From the NCBI GenBank assembly GCA_963726455.1, contig CAVSCK010000004.1, positions 768,001-832,000 of the forward strand: DNA of 64,000 nucleotides, written 5' to 3'. A model generated the notes under the pieces. It was not told the origin of the DNA. It worked only from the letters and a program-made list of their open reading frames with translations, and did not search any database. The position numbers and the translations under genes are program-made. This document shows positions 32,960-43,641 of this stretch, piece after piece (the stretch's first letter is position 1; the number at the start of each line of letters is the position of its first letter). This DNA comes from an uncultured bacterium. GTDB taxonomy: Bacteria; Zixibacteria; MSB-5A5; CAIYYT01.

Positions 32960-33977
32960 TTAGAACGACACCTTAAAGGTGAAATAGTTGTTGCTGCCCG
33001 AAAAGAAGTCGCGCTGCTGCCAGCTGTAGTCAAAACCCATGTGCGTCTGACCCCAAGCCACTTTTACGCCGGCGCCCAACGCCGGCCCAAACATGTAATC
33101 CGATTGGCTGGAAGTTGAATAACCAGCACGCAGGAAGAACATGTCGTTGTAAGAGTACTCGCCGCCGCCTCTGATTTCGTCCTGCGAGAAGTTGTTGCTC
33201 TGGAACGTTGCCGCCAGTTCAACATTGTTCTTCTCGCCGGCTTTGTTCAAAGGATCCCAGGCCGCACCGAATTGCACCGAGGAGGGCAATTCAAATGCCA
33301 CACTCTGGGAACGCAAGTCATGAGTGAAGCCATTCGCCGGTGGTGTCACCTTTGTGCCGAAATTGGGGCCGTCGAATTTCATGTGTGGTCCAAAATTCTT
33401 GACCACCACACCGAACTTCAATCCCCGATAGTTGGGCACGTAGGTGAATCCGAAATCGAAGGAGACTCCCCGCGCCGACACCTGTTCAACTCTTTCGTTG
33501 ACAAATGCGGCTGTCAGGCCAAATGCCACTCTGTCGGTAAAACTGCGAGCGTAGGTCAGGCCGACTACTGAGAATGTCGGATTGAACGTTTCACCGGCGG
33601 CATTCTGCTGATCATCCCAGGTCGTCTTCTGCATGGTGCCGATCGACAGCACCTTGGCAGAAACGCCAATCGAGCCAAAGCCCTCGATCGAAGTCGTTAC
33701 CGCGGCATACTCGACGCTTCATACCGGCAAAATAATCGAGATGCGAGAACATGGCCTCGGTGCCGGATTGCCTTACCACGCCGGCAGGATTCCAATAGAG
33801 CGCCTCCGTACCGGAGCAATTGGCGACCAGCGCCCCACCCATGGCGACGCCCCGGGAGCCGACCGAAATGCGCAACTCCTGCGCACCTGCCGTTCCAATG
33901 CGATCCTCGCTACCGGCGAGGAGCATAGCGCTGAGTGCGATGACTAGCGCTAACGATAGCCATAATGTCTTTCTCAT
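32960..33977 (-). CDS. PorV/PorQ-like outer-membrane barrel (frameshift ~33718)
   Basis: GTAGAQELRISVGSRGVAMG..YWNPAG; C-terminal F. Confidence 0.85.
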
Positions 33978-33995
33978 CGTTTTTACCTCCTCACC

Positions 33996-36900
33996 TTAGA
34001 ATGTGTTAAGTTGTTCAACTTCAGTGAATATTGCCATCTTGCCGTATTTGCTGCCCAGCCCCGGGGCCTCAATCAGCCAGACGTAAATACCTGGTGCAAC
34101 CCAGAGGCCTTTGTCCGTCTTGAGATCCCAGACAAACTCCGAGTTGTAAATGTCCGTTCGCTGCATCGTCCGCACCAAATCGCCGGCAATGTTAAAGACC
34201 CTGATGGTCATCGGCGCTGCCGGCAAGTTGATGAATTTGATCATCCGATGGAATTGGTCCCTCTCCTCATTGTAGTAATTGTAATATGGATTTGGAACCG
34301 TCAGGACCCCATCAAGTGAGTTGGCGACATACGTGCCATTCACCGTCTCAGCTTTCTTCGACGTGTACTGGAACACATCAGCCGGAAGGTTCGGCTTCGC
34401 CGCCTCGATGGTTAGCTTGTCACCCTCTTGAATGTCGGTGATCGCAAACGGTGGATTACGCAACTTTGGAGTCATGGCGTACATGATATCCATGTCGCTG
34501 CCATTGGCGTTGGGGTTGTTATTCATATAGAACGGATCCGGCGTCTCAGAGTAAGTAGAGTTGAATATGAAGAGATACTCGCGGGCTTTGGTACCGTCCG
34601 CACCTGGGAACCAAGTCGAATCGTAGGTAGCGGGTTGACCGTTATTCTCGACAAAACCGGCATTGAGCTGCCGTGGCGGATTTGACTGCACATCCCAAAT
34701 CGTAAACGGACAATCGAAATATCCGATAGCGGCATAGTTGGGAGTTCCACCACGCAAGTAGTCGTAGCATTTCTGCTTCGTCGTATTGCTGAAACGAATT
34801 TCAACAGTGCGGTATTGTGCCGGTTGAATATTCGATCCAAAGAAATCCGGACCGTTCCACAGGCCACCGTTGAGCCAGTCAGGGTTGCCCCCAAATGCGG
34901 CTTCACCGGTGATCCATCTGGTTTGACCTGCCCACGCCCAACCCTTGATTCCCGGAGGCAGACCTTCCATCTTCCATTGGATTCCGTCCACAGTCTTGTA
35001 AGGGCCGTTGGGGTCCTGATTCGTCTGATTCACAAGCAGCGTTTCCTGTGCCGCAGGCAAATTCAGATCACGCAGGAACCAGGTAAGATCCTCGGCAAAG
35101 CCAACCTGGTAGGTGTGACCGGTTACGTCCGCCGGTATCATATACTCGATGGCCAATGTACCGTCACTCGTACCGGTGTGCTGGGCGGTATCCTGGAACA
35201 CTCCAGAAAAGACACGCGGTCTCACCTCGTACGAGATGATCGGACTTTCGAGGTTCTCAACGATGAATCCTAAGAATTTCTGGTTAAGGTCGAAGAAAGG
35301 AGTCATGTTCCTGACATCGTAGGAATAAGCAGTGACCGCATACCAATAAGGCTGATTGTCCTTCAAAGGACTACCGTCAACTTTACTGGTATTCAAGCTC
35401 AAATGATATTGCAGCCCCGAATTTGAGCCTTTTTGGAGAATGAGCCGCTGGGTCCCCCCGGCCGCAGGGTCGACCACATCACCATAGAGTGAGGCCACAT
35501 CGCAGAATGTAAATGTTGTTTCAGGTGGATCTCCAGAGATATCTGAGATGCCACAAGCCGCCTGATCCGATATGTCATAAGTGGCGAATTTTGTCCAGGG
35601 GCCAACCGCAGATGCGCCCTGCCAGACATTGAAACCTTCGAAATGGAATTCCTGATTGAGAATAGCGCTGGAGTCGACAGTGCCTACCGGCTCGTCGCCC
35701 CAACTCAAGTCAACGCCGCCTTCGATACCACGCGCCCAGACTGAAGGCGGAGGTGGCGGGTTGGGAATTTGGAAGTTGAGATTAAACACTGCCTGAATCT
35801 TCCCTACGTTGTTCTTCAACGCGCTGACCGAGCTAATCGGGTCAGTGCCCTGGCCGACGATACATGCAATAACCACTTCCTGGGTGTCACCGGGATTCAT
35901 GGTGAAGGGACCTGCATTCAGCATCATTCTCTTGTCGGCCGGCGTGGGGTCAAGCCAACCCGTACCTTCCTTGGGATCACCAGAAGCGACAAACGTTGTG
36001 ACTTCGTTGGTGACCGGATTGATCACCTGCGTGCCGTCACGGTTAAGTCCTTTCATGTAAGTATAGGTCACACTTGGATTATCAGGATCGGTGCCATTGA
36101 CATAACGGTTGAAAGCAGTCATCGGCAGGTTCTTGAAACCGTGGCGCCACTTACCGGACACCAGAGCAGAATCCTCAGGAGCGGCGGGAATAATGGGCCC
36201 CTCCAGAAATACAAAGCCGACGGACGGAGGAGCGGCTCCATAGAGATTGTCCGGTCCTGAATTGTAGCAGTAGCCGAGACTGAGAAGTGTGTCGCAGCCA
36301 ACAAGATCGTCGCTGGCCTCACCCAGATCGGGATCAGACCAGGCGGAAACGAAGGCGCTGTCCAACTGGTTCGGTCCTTTGTTGATGATCCTGAACTTCA
36401 GATAGATGGCATTGCCCAAGGCGCCGGCACGAGCAAAAGCGAACGTCGATTGTTGGATTTCAAGCCCGAGCGGTTGGGTGCTGCCCGCATTATTCGAGTG
36501 CTGCGCCGGATCACCGTCGTTGTAGACCGCCCAGGCCATCTGATCGCCCAGGATTGCCGGACTTCCCGTTGAATCGACCGGAGCTCCCTGGTTCACCGGC
36601 CAAATAGCGAAGTCCGGATTGGTCGCGGCATCGTCACCTCTGTTCAACTCGTAGACTCTAAAGTCTGGGCTATCCGTCTGAAAGGTGCCGTCCAGCATCG
36701 GGCCCGGAGTGAACTCACTCGAGTACTCTGCCACGGCGATTCTGGTGCGACCATTTACCTTGGCGCCCAGCCAGATACCGGCATCATAAATACAGTGTAG
36801 ATTCGTACCGCGAGGAAAATACAAACCGTCGTTTCTTCCACGCGATGCGGTCTTATCGTAAGCGTAGTTTCCAACGTTGGTAATGATCATATCCAGCGAG

Positions 36901-37043
36901 TTCACACCGACGTTATGAGTCGCGTCGATTATCATGATTTCGCCGGGACTTTCCCATTTCCCTGAAATGTTGCTGAGACTCCACGCCACCGCGGTCATCA
37001 ACAGAAACATTGTCAGGGAAAGAACCAATCTCGATTTATTCAT
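33996..37043 (-). CDS. Large secreted protein with T9SS/FlgD-like C-terminal domain
   Basis: Signal peptide; DPDLG..DDLVGCD; YAVTAY; VPNPY..IKFINLP..IFNIAGDLV-like..WDL..PGIY. Confidence 0.85.
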   Translation of the reverse strand: MNKSRLVLSLTMFLLMTAVAWSLSNISGKWESPGEIMIIDATHNVGVNSLDMIITNVGNYAYDKTASRGRNDGLYFPRGTNLHCIYDAGIWLGAKVNGRTRIAVAEYSSEFTPGPMLDGTFQTDSPDFRVYELNRGDDAATNPDFAIWPVNQGAPVDSTGSPAILGDQMAWAVYNDGDPAQHSNNAGSTQPLGLEIQQSTFAFARAGALGNAIYLKFRIINKGPNQLDSAFVSAWSDPDLGEASDDLVGCDTLLSLGYCYNSGPDNLYGAAPPSVGFVFLEGPIIPAAPEDSALVSGKWRHGFKNLPMTAFNRYVNGTDPDNPSVTYTYMKGLNRDGTQVINPVTNEVTTFVASGDPKEGTGWLDPTPADKRMMLNAGPFTMNPGDTQEVVIACIVGQGTDPISSVSALKNNVGKIQAVFNLNFQIPNPPPPPSVWARGIEGGVDLSWGDEPVGTVDSSAILNQEFHFEGFNVWQGASAVGPWTKFATYDISDQAACGISDISGDPPETTFTFCDVASLYGDVVDPAAGGTQRLILQKGSNSGLQYHLSLNTSKVDGSPLKDNQPYWYAVTAYSYDVRNMTPFFDLNQKFLGFIVENLESPIISYEVRPRVFSGVFQDTAQHTGTSDGTLAIEYMIPADVTGHTYQVGFAEDLTWFLRDLNLPAAQETLLVNQTNQDPNGPYKTVDGIQWKMEGLPPGIKGWAWAGQTRWITGEAAFGGNPDWLNGGLWNGPDFFGSNIQPAQYRTVEIRFSNTTKQKCYDYLRGGTPNYAAIGYFDCPFTIWDVQSNPPRQLNAGFVENNGQPATYDSTWFPGADGTKAREYLFIFNSTYSETPDPFYMNNNPNANGSDMDIMYAMTPKLRNPPFAITDIQEGDKLTIEAAKPNLPADVFQYTSKKAETVNGTYVANSLDGVLTVPNPYYNYYNEERDQFHRMIKFINLPAAPMTIRVFNIAGDLVRTMQRTDIYNSEFVWDLKTDKGLWVAPGIYVWLIEAPGLGSKYGKMAIFTEVEQLNTF

Positions 37044-37095
37044 CTGCTTCCTCCTATAGCTCGTGATCCTTTCAACTCATAATCCATGGTTGACA

Positions 37096-39897
37096 TTAGA
37101 AGTTCATCCTCAGGCCGAGACGCAACTGACGCGGAGTGTCGTAGTTCATCGGATTCCGCTGTTTGAAGTCATACTTCGCTTGTCCGTCAGTTGGATGGGT
37201 CGCCAGATATTCCTGACCTCCCGGCGTGATGAGCCAGCCGGTATTGTCCGGAAGACCGGTGCCTTCGTAAACGTTGATCACGTTCTTGGTATTGAAAACG
37301 TTGATCACCCAAAGATAAATATCCCAATTCAACTTGCCGATTCCGAAGGTCTTGTTGGCCTTCAGGTCGAGTCGATAGGTCCACGGCATATTGCGCGAGT
37401 TTACCGTTCCGGCGGGATTGGGGGAAAGCGCCTGAATCGATATCTCGTTGTAAATGTTCACTGGAGTGTAAGGAGTTCCCGAAGCCGCCTGGAATACGAA
37501 ATTGATACCGGCATTTTCCAGCGGGTAAGTTTCGCCAAGCTTGGGCCCCTGGTGCTTCTGGGCGCGGACATCCATCATTGCAGTGATCTTGTGGCGCTGG
37601 TCAAAGTCCAGTGGCGCTACGCGCTGCGGACGCTCGCTATTTGTCCAGGCGATGTTGGACTGGGTCGTCGCGTAAGAACCGGTACCGTCGGCATAAGCCA
37701 GCGAATAATCCAGTTCTCCCGAGACGCTACGAGTCCGTCTCATCACCAACTGGAAATCAATACCTTTGATTGTGCCAAAGTCAGTGTTTTGATACATCGG
37801 GAACGAATTCGGAATCGACGAGATATTCAGAATCTCCGTTAGGTTCTTCACGTCCTTGTAATAAGCAGTTGCCGTGAAGCTCGTAAAATCGCCCAACTGA
37901 TGCGCAATACCGACCTCGTATGCCGTTGTCTCTTCCGGCTTCAAGTTCGGATTGCCGATCGGGGCATAGTAAGGATTGAACTTCAGCATGCGCTGCAACC
38001 ACGCCGTGCCAACATACAGGTATTGCAGTTCCGGTCTCTGGAAGAACTTGCCGTAGTTGACGTGCAACACGGTCTTGTCTGAAACCGGGAATCCGACGCC
38101 CAAACGCGGCGATACCTTCTGCTCGGCCTTGGCCTTCACAAATTGGTCTGGACCCAGAAGGTTGGTAACGGGGTCAAGCGGACGAGCCGGGTTCTTTAAC
38201 TGATCGGTATTTACATTGAGATAGTCCCAACGTATACCGGCGTTGACTACCAGTCCCTGCCATTCCAACTTGTCCTGCAAATAGACAGCGAAGTCGTACG
38301 GCTTCTTGACGCCATTCGGCCCACTGTTGACGGCGTTCTGTCCGGTAATATCCCAGCCATACGCATTGGCGTCCTGGTAACTTACCTGCTGGAATAACGC
38401 CGGATCGTGAACCGTCGTGTCAATCTTGGTCGGACTAAGATGCTGGTACCAACGAAGACGATGGAAATTAGCATCAATACCGAATTGCATCAGGTTCGTC
38501 TTGTTTATCTGGCTGCTCAACGCGAACGTTGCGCCGACGTAGGAAGACCGTCTCTTTAGGAAGTCATCCCACACGTGGCCGAGATCTTTTCCCGTGCTGT
38601 CGGTACCACCGAGCCAGAACAATGTTGACTCGTCGAAGCGCGGATTTCCGCCTGGGCGACCATAGGCGATTAGATTGTCCCAATATTTCGAGTCGCCGCG
38701 CGTGCGTTTGGTCAGATAGTAAGTCGTTCCCAACTCGAAGAACGTTTTGGGCGAGAGATTGCTCGTCCACTTGCCGTAATACGAGTAGTTCTCGTCCACA
38801 TAGCGCGGCGAATGATTCTGGTCGAAGTAGTAGTCCATGCGGAACTCGCGCCAGTCATCCTTGCTACCGAGCGTGCCAAAGCGCAAAGTGTTCTTCTTGT
38901 TTACATCGTACTGAAGTTTGCCCTGCCAGGTCCAACCAGACAGCGAGTTCATCGGCAGGATTCCGTTGGTAATTGCCTTGGGAGTTCGATCGCCGGTGCG
39001 ACGACGCTCCATCGAAGCAAAGAACGTCGCTTTATCGCTCCCCGGTTTCACGGGGCCGCCGATGTTGAAATCAATGACGTTGTAATCATACCGGTGCGAC
39101 TTGTTGTTGAAGCCGTCTGTGACTCCTTCCAATGCACCGGAATATTGGCTGCTGCCCGCTTTCGTGGTTACGTTGATTGCGCCAGAAGAAACCCACCCGT
39201 ATTCGGCGTTGAAACCTCCGGTCGAGATCGCAATCTGATCGATCGCGTTGTTGTTAATTGAGGTAGTCGACAAGTTGGTCAACGGATCCTGTTGCGAGAA
39301 ACCGTCCACGTAATAGGCGACTTCGCCCTGACGGCCTCCGCGAATGTTCAAAACCGGTTCATTAGTGGCTTCGCGCGCACCGCGCAAGTTTAGCGTCGGC
39401 GGCTGCTTGTAATTTGCCACTACACCGGCATTCAAACCGACGACATCCTGATAACCGCGTGTCGGCAGTTGTTGTACCTGATCCGACGTTACGATCTTCA
39501 GTGAAGCCGTCTGGTCTTTGATAATCATCGGACGCTCAGCAATTACTATCTGAGTCTCTCCGATGTTAAGCACCTTGGATGACAGCTGAAAATCTGCGTT
39601 CGAAGTCAAGTCGACGGAAACACGCAGACTCTGCAACTCCACCGGCGCATAACCGATAATGTTCGCTACGAGGTCATATTGACCGGCCGGGACGTTAAGT
39701 ATGAAATACTTACCTTCCGCATCCGTGAGCGCTCCCATGGTGGTTCCTTTGATCGAAACCGCCACTCCCGGCAGAGGAGACCCTGTATCCTTATCCGTGC
39801 ATCTACCTGAGATCTTGCCTACCGTTGCGGCAAACACCATCCCACTGAGCACCAGAACCAAGAACAGGGTGGCTACAAGTTTTGATCTAAGCTCCAA
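37096..39897 (-). CDS. TonB-dependent receptor
   Basis: CarboxypepD_reg-like N-terminus; IRGGR..YYVDG plug; GGFNAEYG; GNPNLKPE; C-terminal F. Confidence 0.95.
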   Translation of the reverse strand: MELRSKLVATLFLVLVLSGMVFAATVGKISGRCTDKDTGSPLPGVAVSIKGTTMGALTDAEGKYFILNVPAGQYDLVANIIGYAPVELQSLRVSVDLTSNADFQLSSKVLNIGETQIVIAERPMIIKDQTASLKIVTSDQVQQLPTRGYQDVVGLNAGVVANYKQPPTLNLRGAREATNEPVLNIRGGRQGEVAYYVDGFSQQDPLTNLSTTSINNNAIDQIAISTGGFNAEYGWVSSGAINVTTKAGSSQYSGALEGVTDGFNNKSHRYDYNVIDFNIGGPVKPGSDKATFFASMERRRTGDRTPKAITNGILPMNSLSGWTWQGKLQYDVNKKNTLRFGTLGSKDDWREFRMDYYFDQNHSPRYVDENYSYYGKWTSNLSPKTFFELGTTYYLTKRTRGDSKYWDNLIAYGRPGGNPRFDESTLFWLGGTDSTGKDLGHVWDDFLKRRSSYVGATFALSSQINKTNLMQFGIDANFHRLRWYQHLSPTKIDTTVHDPALFQQVSYQDANAYGWDITGQNAVNSGPNGVKKPYDFAVYLQDKLEWQGLVVNAGIRWDYLNVNTDQLKNPARPLDPVTNLLGPDQFVKAKAEQKVSPRLGVGFPVSDKTVLHVNYGKFFQRPELQYLYVGTAWLQRMLKFNPYYAPIGNPNLKPEETTAYEVGIAHQLGDFTSFTATAYYKDVKNLTEILNISSIPNSFPMYQNTDFGTIKGIDFQLVMRRTRSVSGELDYSLAYADGTGSYATTQSNIAWTNSERPQRVAPLDFDQRHKITAMMDVRAQKHQGPKLGETYPLENAGINFVFQAASGTPYTPVNIYNEISIQALSPNPAGTVNSRNMPWTYRLDLKANKTFGIGKLNWDIYLWVINVFNTKNVINVYEGTGLPDNTGWLITPGGQEYLATHPTDGQAKYDFKQRNPMNYDTPRQLRLGLRMNF

Positions 39898-40379
39898 ATC
39901 TGAACCTCCTGTTACACAAGTTGATACGTTGCCAAACGTACATAACGATACTCCTTAAGTTCAACGGCATTCCTCCTCAAAACTTTAGGGCTCCTCCTTT
40001 CGATCCACTCACTTCTGACATTTTTCTTCCAACGTTTTAAACGCAATAAAAACACAATCTTCTAAGTCTATCTATGTGTCCACGCATATTGGCAGCAGGC
40101 AGGAAGCGCAAATACCCCGATGTAGAATCCAATGCTGAGACAACCTCCAGTCGACCCGCATTCAATAGAATCATACCCAGCCATGCATCCTTGCCGGACA
40201 TCGATATGATTTTGCTCCCCTTCGTATACGCAATAGTTGCCCCGATGCCACTATTTTGTCAATATAAAACTTTAACTAACCATTTGATCTAGAGCGGCTT
40301 AATCGTACGAATAGTGGAGCGCACCTACCGGCTGGGTGGCCCGGCAAACTTGGATCGATTCCTGCGTGCTCCGGTGCCG

Positions 40380-41048
40380 CTAAATGCACAATTTGACTTG
40401 AAAAACTTCCTCGATGCTGTCGACGAGTCGATAGAAGACATCAGACTTATCAATCGGCTTTCCGATGAGCGATGACAAACTTGTGACACTTGAGGACGGA
40501 AATCCGCAGGGATTAATCAGGTCAAAATAGGAAAGATCAACGTCGAGATTCAACGCCAATCCGTGATAGCTTATCCAGCGTTTTACCGCAATTCCGATGG
40601 CGCAGATCTTTCTTTCCCCTACCCACACCCCCGTCTTGCCGGGATGCCTGCTGCCCGCTACATCATAGTGAGTCAAGAAGCGGATCACCACTTCTTCCAA
40701 GTCGCGCAGGAAGCGGTGGAGGTCCCGCGAACGCTTTTCCAGATCAATTATCGGATAGATCACTTGCTGGCCCGGACCGTGAAAAGTCACGTCTCCTCCG
40801 CGCTCGACTTCGAAAACCGAGACGCCTCGTTGGCGCAGCAATTCCTCAGATGCCAGAATATTACCTTCGCGGCTGCCTCGGCCGATTGTGATTGTCGGCG
40901 GGTGCTCTGCGAATATGAAAGTGTCGCCAATTTTGCCGTCGATTCTTTGGTCGACACAATTCAACTGAATAGAATGAGCCCGGCCGTAATCAAGACGACC
41001 GAGCTCTAGTATCTTGGCAGTCGGTTCAGTAGCGGCGTCGGAATCCAT
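40380..41048 (-). CDS. lipB: Lipoyl(octanoyl) transferase
   Basis: EHPPTITIG; RGGDVTFHGPGQ; KICAIG; HGLALN; INPCG. Confidence 0.96.
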   Translation of the reverse strand: MDSDAATEPTAKILELGRLDYGRAHSIQLNCVDQRIDGKIGDTFIFAEHPPTITIGRGSREGNILASEELLRQRGVSVFEVERGGDVTFHGPGQQVIYPIIDLEKRSRDLHRFLRDLEEVVIRFLTHYDVAGSRHPGKTGVWVGERKICAIGIAVKRWISYHGLALNLDVDLSYFDLINPCGFPSSSVTSLSSLIGKPIDKSDVFYRLVDSIEEVFQVKLCI

Positions 41049-42302
41049 TTACAAGAACATCATCTCGGGATCTTCGATGTACGTAATCAGACGTCTCAGA
41101 AATTGCACGGCAAGGTGACCGTCAATCAGGCGATGATCAAAAGACAGCGCAAAATTCATCATGTCTCGGATTACGATCTGGCCGTCACGGACGACCGGCC
41201 GCTTTTGGATCGCGTGCACTCCCAAAATGGCCACCTGTGGCTGATTGATAATCGGCGTGGAATTGAGCGCGCCGAAGCCGCCGGCATTGGTGATCGAAAA
41301 CGTTCCGTCCTCGATGTCCACCGGATAGAGTCTTTCCGCTCGTGCCCGGTCGCCCAGGTCCTTGAGTTCGCGCATCAATTGGACCAGTCCCTTGGCGTCC
41401 GCATCTTTTATGACCGGCACAATCAATCCGACTTCACGGGCCACGGCAATGCCAATGTTGTAGTAGTGCTTGAGCAAAATCTTGTCCTCGGTAAACGAGG
41501 CATTCACGTATGGAAATTCCTTCAGCGCCTTACAGGCCGCAACGATGATAAACGGCATATAAGTAAGCCGGACGCCGTGTTCTTTCTCAATCTGCTCACC
41601 GTGACGCTTCCTGAATTCGACGACATGGGTGAAATCACATTCGTCAAAGGTTGTAACATGAGGCGACGTGTGTTTGGAGCGAACCATGTGCTCAGAGATC
41701 AATTTGCGAATTCTCGATGCCGGGACTTCCTCAACACGTTTTCCCGGCTCGGTCTTGACCGTCGGCGCGAACACAGACGGGGATGCCGGGGGCTTGGCTG
41801 CAGCGGCAAGCTTTGGCGCGGCTGCGAGATAATCTTCAACATCTTTTTGAGTGATCCTGCCGCCGGCGCCGCTGCCTTTGAGTTGAGTCACGTCGATCCC
41901 GTGTTCCTTGATCAGGCGCCTGACTGCCGGTGACAAACGCTGGGCTTCTTCGGACGCTGGCATTGTCACCGGAGCAACGGGAGCAGCAGGTGCAGGAGTC
42001 GCTTTGGCCGCCACCGGTGAAGCTGACTGAGCAGGCGCGGTCACCGCACTGCCGGGCTTCTCTCCCGGCGTACCGATAATCGCAATTTCCTTTCCGACCG
42101 GAACCAGGGTGCCTACCGGAGCGAGTATTTGCAGCAGCACGCCGTCGAATTCCGCCGGTATTGCTACATTGACTTTATCTGTCAACAGTTCGACAATCGG
42201 TTGATCCTTGACGATCGGCTGGCCTACTTCAACGAACCATTTGTTGATCGTTCCCTCGACAACCGATTCCCCCATTTGTGGCACTTTAAGCACAGTCGCC
42301 AT
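41049..42302 (-). CDS. 2-oxoacid dehydrogenase E2 dihydrolipoamide acyltransferase
   Basis: TDK lipoyl site; GSGAGGRI E3-binding; DHRLIDG. Confidence 0.95.
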   Translation of the reverse strand: MATVLKVPQMGESVVEGTINKWFVEVGQPIVKDQPIVELLTDKVNVAIPAEFDGVLLQILAPVGTLVPVGKEIAIIGTPGEKPGSAVTAPAQSASPVAAKATPAPAAPVAPVTMPASEEAQRLSPAVRRLIKEHGIDVTQLKGSGAGGRITQKDVEDYLAAAPKLAAAAKPPASPSVFAPTVKTEPGKRVEEVPASRIRKLISEHMVRSKHTSPHVTTFDECDFTHVVEFRKRHGEQIEKEHGVRLTYMPFIIVAACKALKEFPYVNASFTEDKILLKHYYNIGIAVAREVGLIVPVIKDADAKGLVQLMRELKDLGDRARAERLYPVDIEDGTFSITNAGGFGALNSTPIINQPQVAILGVHAIQKRPVVRDGQIVIRDMMNFALSFDHRLIDGHLAVQFLRRLITYIEDPEMMFL

Positions 42303-42424
42303 CAGTACTTCTCCTTATGGTTCCTTGCTCGTTGATCTTTCAATCAGCAGCATTGTTAATCATATCGGCAGGAGTTGTCAACAAACATCGGTGTCGGTCG
42401 CCCAGTTCGGGAACCGTTGCTCCC

Positions 42425-43516
42425 CTACCCGCCTATCGCCAGCATTCGCTCCAGAGCAATACGGGCATTATCCTTTATGTCCTCAAAAACCGACATCGGT
42501 TTGAGGGTGTCGAGATTGTCGATGGTATATGCCAGATCAGCAAGCGTGGTGCGATACATGTTAACGCACATGGCGCAGGTCTGACCGGCTAACTCCAGAA
42601 TCTGTTTGTCTGGATACTGATGAGCAAGGCGATCGACGAGATTAAGTTCGGTGCCAATCGCAATCACGCTTCCGGATGGCTGTTCTTCAACGAATCTTAC
42701 TATATGGCTGGTCGAACCCGCGGAGTCCGCCAACGCCACAACGTCCTCGGTGCATTCAGGATGAACGACGATTTTGATACCGGGGTGTTGCTCGCGCATT
42801 TGCCGGACATGGTACGGCTGAAATACCGAATGAACATGGCAGTAACCCTTCCAAACGACGACTCTGGCCTTGCGAATAGCCGCCTCATCGCGGGGCTGCG
42901 ACTTGTTCGCGAAGTCCCAGACATACAATTGGTCGCGAGGGATGCCCAGTTTATTCGCCGTATTTCGTCCCAGGTGTTCGTCCGGAAAGAAGAAAACGAT
43001 TCCACCTTGATCGAAGGCACAGGCAAATGCTTTATCAGCATTTGATGAAGTGCAAATCATGCCACCGTTGCGGCCGCAAAACGCTTTCAAGTCGGCGGCG
43101 GAATTCATGTAAGCAATTGGAATAATCTTGGATTTCGGCAGAATTCGCGTCAACTCATCCCAGGCGCCGTAGACGGCATCGATTGCCGCCATATCAGCCA
43201 TCGGACATCCGGCCAATGGGTTCGGCAAGTATACTTTCTGATCAGGACGGGCGAGAATCACCGCCGATTCAGCCATGAAATGCACGCCGCAAAACACGAT
43301 ATATTCGGCATCCAATTTTGCAGCGATCTTGCAGAGGCCATACGAGTCGCCCTGATAATCACCCAGGGCAACAACGCCACGCCGTTGATAATGGTGGGTC
43401 AACAATACCATTCGGCTTCCGAGTTCGCGCTTGCGGATGCGAATTTTCGCGGTCAGCTCGTCATCACTCATTGACCGATACTTGTCGGGAGTCACTGTAT
43501 ATGCACTCGGAATCAT
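42425..43516 (-). CDS. nadA: Quinolinate synthase
   Basis: HHYQ, FCGVHFMAES, GCPMADM, CTSSNA, HPEC. Confidence 0.96.
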   Translation of the reverse strand: MIPSAYTVTPDKYRSMSDDELTAKIRIRKRELGSRMVLLTHHYQRRGVVALGDYQGDSYGLCKIAAKLDAEYIVFCGVHFMAESAVILARPDQKVYLPNPLAGCPMADMAAIDAVYGAWDELTRILPKSKIIPIAYMNSAADLKAFCGRNGGMICTSSNADKAFACAFDQGGIVFFFPDEHLGRNTANKLGIPRDQLYVWDFANKSQPRDEAAIRKARVVVWKGYCHVHSVFQPYHVRQMREQHPGIKIVVHPECTEDVVALADSAGSTSHIVRFVEEQPSGSVIAIGTELNLVDRLAHQYPDKQILELAGQTCAMCVNMYRTTLADLAYTIDNLDTLKPMSVFEDIKDNARIALERMLAIGG

Positions 43517-43641
43517 GTTTCTTATCTCAATTGCTTAAGGTTCTACAACCACACTACCACCCTGCAACCCGAAAAAGCTACGCCGCCAGACCGTTACCTC
43601 TTTGACAAAACGCCACTTAGAGGCACTACCGGCGACGCGGA

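Noticed and set aside
37063-37842. 259-aa plus-strand ORF (likewise 41103-41933, 52727-53554, 47960-48598)
   Set aside because: Antisense shadows of well-supported genes with no recognisable motifs
40229-40245. Possible sigma-54 site upstream of the TonB receptor (TCGGGGCAACTATTGCG)
   Set aside because: Correct GG-N10-GC spacing but a poor -24 box; insufficient support
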